In this document: positions 58,001 through 64,000 of the stretch, piece by piece
Numbering within the stretch: position 1 is the stretch's first letter
How the letters are laid out: each line of letters starts with the position of its first letter
Virus record (IMG/VR): IMGVR_UViG_3300042987_003051
Span: 19,075 to 83,074 of that record
Strand: one strand, 5' to 3'
Origin: a virus
Length of the DNA stretch: 64,000 bases
Made by a program: the position numbers and the translations under genes
Notes under the pieces: model-generated
The model's database searches: none
What the model saw: the letters and a program-made list of their open reading frames with translations, nothing else
What the model was told of the DNA's origin: nothing

Positions 58001-58332
58001 CTCCGTCTTCTGTAAATAGTAAGATTATTATAATTATTAATCAACCAGTAGTTGGTAATGCAGATCGTTCTGGTGGTATACGAATTATGAGAGGAACAAC
58101 TGTACTTTACAATCCAGGGCAATCTTGTTTTGGTACGGGAACTAGTGACGGAACATCTTCCACTTCTTTAATTGCTTCATTACAATATATTGATGATCCA
58201 GCATCTACTTCTGCAGTTACTTATAAAACTCAAGGTTATGGCAATGACTCACAATTTTATTCAAACCAAGGACAGAATGCACGTATTTTGCAATCAGCAA
58301 CATCTCAAATTTATCTAATTGAAATCTCATAA
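52090..58332 (+). CDS. Large virion structural/tail fibre protein (2080 aa)
   Basis: MGLSRLDNFLK; PFKTIQRALIEAARFSY; repeated 'H.L..GD.V.I.G' modules; C-terminal fibre-tip-like domain. Confidence 0.8.
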   Translation: MGLSRLDNFLKSVRGTIIYVDPNSLDSTDSIENTGNSLTRPFKTIQRALIEAARFSYQRGQKNDRFGKTSILLYPGDHFIDNRPGYIPTGNGLFSKRSGQTGVSDLTQWDLSSNFDLTTPNNELYKLNSVYGGVIVPRGTSIVGLDLRKTKIRPLYVPDPRNNNIERSCIFRTTGACYFWQFTILDADPNGNCYKNYNPDLFVPNFSHHKLSGFEYADGINGVYINDAFLNQNLGTGIDTSRTDLDMYYEKVGIVYGASSGREIPNDYDGGTTTVDIQPIIDEYRIVGPKGASVGITSIRSGNGTVSSSTITVDLVESIEGLSVDSPIEISGVNASGYDGQYVIASVPTDTQITYRVQNPPSDPLPGVTGSTLSLVVDTVTSASPYIFNISLRSVYGMCGLLADGDKATGFKSMVVAQYTGIGLQKDDQAFVKYDSVSGTYQQFPSVLNLSTDSRSRFKPEYENFHIKATNDAFLQLVSVFAIGYAQHFVTENGGDIALNNSNSNFGAKALVSSGFKKDAFSQDDYGYITHIIPPKEINPEEISVEFNLIDVGITTQISAGSATTSRLYLYNETNEDSPPRVVIDGYNVGAKQNEQINIQVVKSGIVSTYSSRVVMPDGPYRSTQSSSEKSFTVARSVEGINSINSNVFTLTEAHSLINGESIRIISDNGNLPDGLQPNQIYYASTVGITTNNQIYVSKTLNDAINGNSITINNKGGVLKVVSKVSDKNAGDIGHPVQWDTFGYWYIGVSTSNNGIYNAIKSFGTSGLGKATSRSYVTRKSDSRSLIDTLYRVRYVLSKDAPSSARPPVDGFILQESNNIIGSGSAEISQIYNTSGSISSIELRNPKFIANASWSSNLVTIRSELPHNLRIGDQVEIVNVSPTEYNGIYTVTSLPSAKEFTYQLTVNPGTFGSDTSNRNEDLPYFKRKKYTKTYQVYRTQEIQSFIKGVQDGVYYLTLINHSNSPTVTPFSDQSFAQPVENLYPQSNNDNPNSNPEASVSHAIPNPIGKVVINDPQKSVTRETLESFVVGYGITNIRSSSGTAHTIYTSIDHGFSGITSVSIVSGGSAYGSGSPGILYNAQLVGYAGSTTGSNATAKITLGSGGVISGVTIIDGGSAYGIGNTLRVVGVATTSGFVQGVVRVQAVSSNVGDTIEVSGVSSDSYSGYNTLYRISEIEIGKPKEINVVSAETLQTYSTSGLGLTFTSNAGYILTGKVLQINSFNYSSTTGIATVQFASSHGFKVDNKVSIRGANQSVFNGDFIVEQLINNTQLTLKIGIQTSSTSATGTLYAYRPGLTSYGGDLSKDRENISGRLSYQYAGITTTLGSIYSLTATGALNIPNAVSLGFTLGDYLLIDYEIFRIKQAVTSNSVFVHRAVLGSPVQEHQSGSVVRRIKVVPVELRRNSIIRASGHTFEYLGFGPGNYSTSLPEKQDRALSNTEKFLAQATKLDGGIVVYTGMNSDGDFFAGNKKINSATGKEETFDTPVPSNTGEKETPEIVNITDTQKLFVESSIKVEGGKDKNVVSEFDGPVVFNNKVTSNSEIEASTLLVQGEDQISRGISISRTKPTIVGNYGDIKFNANPEGGRNSGWIYTTENEWKEFGLITSGTQDLYGVGISTGSGPVGFSTLLNVVAIGITLGRSYDSTTGITTLTFTGASPLGNTIGIYTGSPTSSVFAGNANAIKFIGSQDGFGVNFIANYDPISGFTTVTIQSPLDPINFSSSLPRTSPTFTTRSPGTRLVYFDQLTSTTTDFAVGVEANASWSSVPRNINDFKWYAGTTGIATLSGTGNLSLSGGLTASGNITLTGGITATGGVTGSTLSATTTTGQPISVGSSTQVNNLNSQYLNGFEGTWYTDIPARLGYTPFNVTGDSVSGLSNFSGGLNVSGGITTALNVTGNARISETLRPNAIADKDDQVGSSGQVLTSTGSQLDWKNLSDLPLSGRILQVVRTTQSTAVQHTPAWEDTGLTATITPSSVNSKIIIIINQPVVGNADRSGGIRIMRGTTVLYNPGQSCFGTGTSDGTSSTSLIASLQYIDDPASTSAVTYKTQGYGNDSQFYSNQGQNARILQSATSQIYLIEIS

Positions 58333-58376
58333 TTTTTTAATTATAAATATCTAAAATAGGTTGGCGCTCTCCACCG

Positions 58377-59237
58377 ATGGCAGTTCAGAAAAACTTTGTA
58401 GTCAAAAACGGATTAGAAGTAAATGATAATCTAATTTTTGCAAATTCTCATACGAATAGAGTTGGTATTGCTACTACGACATTAAACTATACTCTTGATG
58501 TTGGTGGTACTGTAGGTGCAAAAAATTCTGTAGTTACAGGTGTTTCTACAGTTAATGATTTAGTTATAAACGGGAGAATTGCTGCAGGTAGTAGTCTAGG
58601 TGTTCAGGGGCAATATCTGATCTCAACTGGTGTTGGTGTAACTTGGGGTTCTGTTGGAAGTGTTCGTTCTGTTGATGTTCAAAGTGCTATATCTGGACAA
58701 AAGGTATTTAATACAAATTATACAGTAGGATTACTTGATGTTTATATAAATGGTGTTAAATTATCTTTAGATGAGTTCGCAGCAACAGACTCAATTACGG
58801 TAACTTTAGATGATGCTTGTTTTGGTGGAGAAAACGTTGAATTTATTACATATACATCTTTGGGCGTTAGTAATACTGGTATTCAAGGAATAACCGTTCT
58901 TGATGAAGGGAGTATTAAAGGATCTTCATCTCAAATAAGAACTCTTAATTTTGTTGGATCTGGGGTAACTGTTACTGGTGTTGGAAATTCACTTACAATT
59001 GATGTAAGTTCTACTGGAGGTGGTGGAGAATCTTATTGGGAATCTACCACAGCAGGTATTCATACTTTAAGTAATGTTGGAATAGGAACCACAAATCCAA
59101 CATCAAAACTTACTGTTGATGGTGATGTTAAAGTTGGGGTAAATACATCAAATGGACTTGTTCTTACTTCACCAAACGGGACTCAATATAGATTAATTGT
59201 TGATAATTCTGGAGTTTTAAGTACTGTTTCTATTTAA
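58377..59237 (+). CDS. Tail fibre-like protein
   Basis: KNFVVKNGLEV, VGIGTTNP and DVYINGVKL; TATAAATA upstream. Confidence 0.75.
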   Translation: MAVQKNFVVKNGLEVNDNLIFANSHTNRVGIATTTLNYTLDVGGTVGAKNSVVTGVSTVNDLVINGRIAAGSSLGVQGQYLISTGVGVTWGSVGSVRSVDVQSAISGQKVFNTNYTVGLLDVYINGVKLSLDEFAATDSITVTLDDACFGGENVEFITYTSLGVSNTGIQGITVLDEGSIKGSSSQIRTLNFVGSGVTVTGVGNSLTIDVSSTGGGGESYWESTTAGIHTLSNVGIGTTNPTSKLTVDGDVKVGVNTSNGLVLTSPNGTQYRLIVDNSGVLSTVSI

Positions 59238-59261
59238 ATATAAATATAAATTTAATTGCAT

Positions 59262-60095
59262 ATGAGAACTTATTATTTTATGGCAGGACTTCCAAGATCT
59301 GGAAGCACGGTTCTTTCGTCAATTCTAAATCAGAATCCAAGATTTTATTCTGGTCCATCAAGTCCAGTGCTTTCTACAATGTATACTGTAGAAAATCATT
59401 TGCAGAATAATGAACTTTTTCATGGTTATCCAAAACCCAAAGAAGCAAATTTAATTATTTCTAATATTATTCATCAATTTTATAGCGATATTCAAAATCC
59501 AGTAGTTATTGATAAAAATCGTGCTTGGTCCGCAAGAGTTCCTTACATTGAAGGATATCTTCAACAAAGAGCAAAAATTATTTGCCCTGTTCGTGATATT
59601 GAAGAAATTTTAACTTCAATGATTATGTTAATTCGCCGTAATCCTTATCAAGAGGGTCAACCTAGAATTAACTTCATTGATGAACAACTTGTGAAATTAA
59701 ATATTTCTCTGAGTGATGATAATCGTTGTGAATATATCGCTGGATCTCAAGGAATTTTAGGTCAAAGTTTAAATGCCATTATTGAAGGATTTAAACAAGG
59801 GTTTGGTGATCGTATTCATTTTGTGGAATATCGTGATCTAATAAATCAACCAGAAGATACTCTCGATAGTTTATATAAATTCTTAGGAGAAGAACCTTTT
59901 GAACATACTTTCAAGGATCTTAAAAATAAGAATATTGAAAATGATTTGAATACTTATGGGTTATCTGATATGCATCAAATTCATTCTACATTAGAGTCAA
60001 CAGCACCAAACCCAAAAGATATTCTTTCACATAATATTTTAAAAAAATGTGAAGGAATGGATATTTGGAGACAAGAAAACTTTTTAAATCAGTAA
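59262..60095 (+). CDS. Sulfotransferase family protein
   Basis: PAPS-binding motif AGLPRSGSTVL; DKNRAW; VRD...S. Confidence 0.88.
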   Translation: MRTYYFMAGLPRSGSTVLSSILNQNPRFYSGPSSPVLSTMYTVENHLQNNELFHGYPKPKEANLIISNIIHQFYSDIQNPVVIDKNRAWSARVPYIEGYLQQRAKIICPVRDIEEILTSMIMLIRRNPYQEGQPRINFIDEQLVKLNISLSDDNRCEYIAGSQGILGQSLNAIIEGFKQGFGDRIHFVEYRDLINQPEDTLDSLYKFLGEEPFEHTFKDLKNKNIENDLNTYGLSDMHQIHSTLESTAPNPKDILSHNILKKCEGMDIWRQENFLNQ

Positions 60096-60110
60096 TTAAA
60101 GGAGATTAAA

Positions 60111-60368
60111 ATGCCAAAAAGAACTTCACCCTTACAACAAGTAGAATTTAATTTGGAAAAAACTTTGGAATCAACGGGACATAGTGAAGATTTGATTCGT
60201 AATCTTGTTTCTCAAGGTGTTCATAGTGAAGAAATTCACAATACAATTTCAAGAAATGTTGAGCATATTAAAATTATTCTTGGAAAAGAGCAAGTTTCTT
60301 CATCAGGATCACCACGTCTTGCTCAGTTTGAAGAGGCAATTTCACTGGGAGAGGCATTTATTGCTTAA
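60111..60368 (+). CDS. Hypothetical protein
   Basis: AGGAG RBS; RNVEHIKIIL. Confidence 0.7.
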   Translation: MPKRTSPLQQVEFNLEKTLESTGHSEDLIRNLVSQGVHSEEIHNTISRNVEHIKIILGKEQVSSSGSPRLAQFEEAISLGEAFIA

Positions 60369-60376
60369 TAATTTTT

Positions 60377-61282
60377 ATGAAAGAAAAATATAGTATATTT
60401 CACATAACTGGTGGTATAGGAAAACATATTGCAGCAACAGCAGTTGCAAAAGCAATTAAAAATAATCATCCATACAGAAAACTTATAATTGTTTGTATAT
60501 ATACGGATATTTTTATTAATTTATCTTATGTTGATAGAGTTTATCAATTAGGAAATACTAGTTATTTCTATCAAAATTATATTGAAAATCAAGACTCGAT
60601 TATTTTTCATCAAGAACCTTATTTCACTACTGATCATATTCATAAACGTCTCCCACTTATTCAGAATTGGTGTAAGATGTATGGTTTGAATTATAGTGGA
60701 GAATCTCCAGAACTTATATTCAATTCTTTACAGAAGAAAATTTCAAAAAATTTTTGGTGTAAAGATAACAAGCCAATAATGGTAATTCATACAAATGGAG
60801 GAATGATTTCTCAGGATGCAAAGCCTTATATGTGGGCAAGAGATATGCCTTTTAGTATTGCTGAGAAAATTGTGAATAAGTACCATAAAGATTACACAAT
60901 TTATCAATGTACTAAAAACAAATCTCCAAAATTAAATAATGTAAGTGTGATTGAATTCTCCGAAAATATGCATTTAAGCATTTTAGAATTTTTAAGTATA
61001 TTATTACATAGTGATAAAAGAATTTTAATTGATAGTTCTTTACAGCACGCAGCAGCAGCATTAAATTTATCATCTGTTGTCTTGTGGAATGCAACTAGTC
61101 CAAAGGTATTTGGATATGATATTCATACGAATATAGAGACAGTTAAACCTCAAAATTTTAAACTACCTGGAAGTTATTTGTTTGATTTTGACTTTAATGG
61201 TGTAGAGCATGAATATCCTTTCACAGAAAGTGAAGATTTGTTTGATATTGAGGAAATTTATGATGCTATAGAAAATACATAA
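60377..61282 (+). CDS. GT9/heptosyltransferase-like glycosyltransferase
   Basis: GGIGKHIAATAV; IDSSLQHAAAAL..SVVLW. Confidence 0.75.
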   Translation: MKEKYSIFHITGGIGKHIAATAVAKAIKNNHPYRKLIIVCIYTDIFINLSYVDRVYQLGNTSYFYQNYIENQDSIIFHQEPYFTTDHIHKRLPLIQNWCKMYGLNYSGESPELIFNSLQKKISKNFWCKDNKPIMVIHTNGGMISQDAKPYMWARDMPFSIAEKIVNKYHKDYTIYQCTKNKSPKLNNVSVIEFSENMHLSILEFLSILLHSDKRILIDSSLQHAAAALNLSSVVLWNATSPKVFGYDIHTNIETVKPQNFKLPGSYLFDFDFNGVEHEYPFTESEDLFDIEEIYDAIENT

Positions 61283-61322
61283 AGATTAATATACAACTAA
61301 ATAAAAATATAAGGAGAGTAAA

Positions 61323-62873
61323 ATGAGCATAAGGAATAGGGAACTATCTCAATTTGGTTCTTTTATTTACGTTGATAATTCAAATCAAGAAATTGGAATT
61401 ACAACTGGAGTATTACCTTATGTTGGAATTGGAACCACAAACCCTTCACAAAAACTTACAGTTGTTGGTAATACAAATATCACTGGTTTTGTGTCGGCAT
61501 CTTCATATTACTTAAATGGAAGTCCTCTTGTAAGTGCTGAACTTCAAACTTGGGAGTTTTCAGGGTCCAATATTTACAGATCTATAGGAAATGTTGGGAT
61601 TGGTAGCAGTTCTCCTGGATCAAAATTAACTGTTGCCGGAAGTATATCAGCGACTGGTATTGTATCATCTACTAGCAATATAACAGCAGGTGGTAATGTA
61701 TCAGCGACAAGATTTATATCTACGGAAACAACTCTTGCCCCATTTACTGTTTCGTCAACAGCAACTGTCTCAAACTTAAGTGCAGCATTACTAGGTGGGA
61801 AGTCTGCTCCAAGTGGAAATATTGTAGGAACAACCGATACACAAACATTAACAAATAAAACTCTATCTGGACCTAATATTTCTACCTCGACAAGTATTAA
61901 TTTAGGACAAAATTCGACAATCATATTTGAAGGATCTACAGTTAATGTAAATAAAACTACTCTTTCTGTCGTAGATCCTACTGCCACTAGAACTATTAAT
62001 CTTCCAAATGTCAGTGGAACTGTTCTGACCACAGGAAATTTGACTGACATTCCATCAGGATCCATCACAAGTGCAATGATTGTTGATGGTACAATTACAA
62101 ATTCTGATATTGCAGTAGGTGCTTCAATATCTTATAGTAAATTAAATCTTAATAATTCTATTACAAGTTCTGATATTTCTTCAAGTTCTTCAATTTCTTA
62201 CGGTAAATTAAATCTCAGTAATTCAATTATAAATTCTGATATTTCATCAAGTGCTGCAATATCAGTCTCTAAGTTATCTGCATCAACAATATCTGGCATT
62301 TCTTTAGGGAATAATTTAGCAACTTTAACTTTTGGAACATATTTAACAGGAACATCATACAATGGTTCTTCTGCAGTTACATTAGGATTAAATGCGTCTT
62401 CAAATGATACTTCTGGAAATACTGTAGTTGTAAGAACGGGCGGAGATTTTACATCTAAATCTATTACTGCAACTAATTTCGATTCAACTTCAGATTATCG
62501 AGTTAATAGTACAGTAATTATAAATTCTGGTAGAAATTTAATCAATGTTGTAAATGGTAATTTTAGTGGTATTGTAACTTGCACAGACTTGAATTCTCAG
62601 TCTGATGTTAATTTAAAAGATAATATTCAAAATATTAATAATTCATTAGATTCTATAAATTCTCTTCGTGGTGTTACTTTTAATTGGAAAGAGAGTGGAA
62701 GACCTTCAATTGGTGTTATCGCACAAGAAGTTGAAGAAGTATTTCCTCAATTAGTAATGGAAAATAACGAAAATAAAACAGTAAATTATAATGGATTAAT
62801 TGGTGTTCTTATAGAAGCAGTCAAAGAACTCTCAAAAGAAGTTGAAGAACTTAAATCTCAACTAAATAAATAA
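61323..62873 (+). CDS. Tail fibre with a C-terminal S74 chaperone
   Basis: VGIGTTNP; SDVNLKDNI...GVIAQEVE. Confidence 0.85.
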   Translation: MSIRNRELSQFGSFIYVDNSNQEIGITTGVLPYVGIGTTNPSQKLTVVGNTNITGFVSASSYYLNGSPLVSAELQTWEFSGSNIYRSIGNVGIGSSSPGSKLTVAGSISATGIVSSTSNITAGGNVSATRFISTETTLAPFTVSSTATVSNLSAALLGGKSAPSGNIVGTTDTQTLTNKTLSGPNISTSTSINLGQNSTIIFEGSTVNVNKTTLSVVDPTATRTINLPNVSGTVLTTGNLTDIPSGSITSAMIVDGTITNSDIAVGASISYSKLNLNNSITSSDISSSSSISYGKLNLSNSIINSDISSSAAISVSKLSASTISGISLGNNLATLTFGTYLTGTSYNGSSAVTLGLNASSNDTSGNTVVVRTGGDFTSKSITATNFDSTSDYRVNSTVIINSGRNLINVVNGNFSGIVTCTDLNSQSDVNLKDNIQNINNSLDSINSLRGVTFNWKESGRPSIGVIAQEVEEVFPQLVMENNENKTVNYNGLIGVLIEAVKELSKEVEELKSQLNK

Positions 62874-62892
62874 AAGCCGAGTGTAAACGAAG

Positions 62893-63168
62893 ATGGCTAT
62901 TAAAATTAATAGTACTACGGTCATAGATAATGACCGCACGATATATAACACCGCTAACGTTGGTATTGGTACAACTAATATAACCAATACAAGACTTGTA
63001 GGAACAGCTAATTCACTGAGAGGTTTATATATTTGTGATGGTATGATAGTAACAGATAATGTATTATCCGGAAATGCATATATAGGAACTGCATATAATG
63101 GAATGATGGCAGGACCAGTTAATATTACTGGTACTTTGACTATTGATGGTAATTTTGTAGTAGTTTGA
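62893..63168 (+). CDS. Small tail-fibre-associated protein
   Basis: MAIKINSTTVI...AGPVNI. Confidence 0.6.
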   Translation: MAIKINSTTVIDNDRTIYNTANVGIGTTNITNTRLVGTANSLRGLYICDGMIVTDNVLSGNAYIGTAYNGMMAGPVNITGTLTIDGNFVVV

Positions 63169-63178
63169 GGAACTAAAA

Positions 63179-63877
63179 ATGCCCGTAATAAACGTAAACA
63201 GTATTTCTGGTATTAATAGCGTCACCGCACAATCATCAAACATTACTTTTTATAATAGCTCAGGTGGACTTGGAAAAATAGTTGCAGATTTTTCTCAATC
63301 AACACCTTCAGCATCAGAACTTGTAGGTGTAACCACAACTGCCTCTACAACATCTGGTAGCACTACGGTAACTTTAAGTGGATCAGGACAAGCAGCAAAT
63401 ATTTCTAATGGGTTTTCTGTAGCAGGTAGAGGTATTACTCCAGGAACTACAGTTTCTTCTGGTGGTGGTACTGTTAATATAGTTCTTTCCCAGAATGCTG
63501 GTGTTACTACAACTACTAATGCTTTAACTTTTTACACAAATTCAAAAGCATTAAGTCCTGGCAGTGTTGGTGGAATGTTATGCCGAGCTTGGGTGAATTT
63601 TGATGGAACAAATACCAACATTCGTGCTTCTTATAATGTGAGTAGTATTAATGATGGTGGAACTGGAGTATGCACTGTTAATTTTACAACAGCAATGCCT
63701 GATACTAATTATACTATATTGGGTAGTGGTGGAAACAGTGCAGCAAACAACAGCGTTGATGTTCAGGCACCAACTTCTGTACCAACTACTAGTTCTTTTG
63801 AAGGAGTTTATGCTTATGGTGGTTCTAGTAGTCCATCTGACGTTATTGACTATGTATTTTTTGCGGTTTTCCGTTAA
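63179..63877 (+). CDS. Tail fibre tip-like protein
   Basis: CRAWVNFDG..IRASYNVSSI.D.GTG..TVNFTTAMPD.NY domain. Confidence 0.75.
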   Translation: MPVINVNSISGINSVTAQSSNITFYNSSGGLGKIVADFSQSTPSASELVGVTTTASTTSGSTTVTLSGSGQAANISNGFSVAGRGITPGTTVSSGGGTVNIVLSQNAGVTTTTNALTFYTNSKALSPGSVGGMLCRAWVNFDGTNTNIRASYNVSSINDGGTGVCTVNFTTAMPDTNYTILGSGGNSAANNSVDVQAPTSVPTTSSFEGVYAYGGSSSPSDVIDYVFFAVFR

Positions 63878-63904
63878 TTCTCATAAATACTCAAAAATAA
63901 TAAG

Positions 63905-64000
63905 ATGATGACACAAGTAATAGCATATCAAAGACCTGATGGTGTATCAATTATAATTCCAACTGGAGAAGTTCCTTTAGAAGTTGTTCTTGAAAAAGAT
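63905..64000 (+). CDS. Partial ORF, probable tail-fibre assembly protein
   Basis: MMTQVIAYQRPDGVSIIIPTGE...; runs off the end of the window. Confidence 0.55.
   Translation, partial: MMTQVIAYQRPDGVSIIIPTGEVPLEVVLEKD

Noticed and set aside
1-64000. Alternative genetic code (stop-codon reassignment)
   Set aside because: Core genes are full length under the standard bacterial code and all three stop codons end genes.

Overview
AT-rich, gene-dense segment of a large T4-like cyanomyovirus, probably a freshwater cyanophage. In order: a seven-gene glycosyltransferase island (GT11, HtrL-like, two GT4-like, GT6, GT25); a cyanobacterial SLH-porin with a structured leader; two hli genes and a peroxiredoxin; a lysis module (C39-like peptidase plus GH24 lysozyme); psbA split by three group I introns, with an intron-encoded HNH and a free-standing EndoVII/F-CphI-like endonuclease; petE, glutaredoxin and speD; a tandem glutamine riboswitch-like leader with an NtcA-type box before a YRG-motif peptide; thyX, phoH, an exonuclease and gp33/59/32; baseplate and tail genes (gp53, 48, 2, 4, 54-like, 26, 51, hub and gp5 parts) with cp12; long tail-fibre genes; an intron-containing tRNA-Leu(UAA) and an atypical tRNA-Thr(UGU). 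The most notable signals not captured by the ORF track are two candidate programmed -1 ribosomal frameshifts. One (A_AAA_AAG plus an 11-bp hairpin) would fuse the peptidase to a start-less lysozyme; the other (T_TTT_TTC) would fuse gp26 to gp51 just upstream of a tape-measure-like gene. All calls come from manual motif recognition; no database searches were run.
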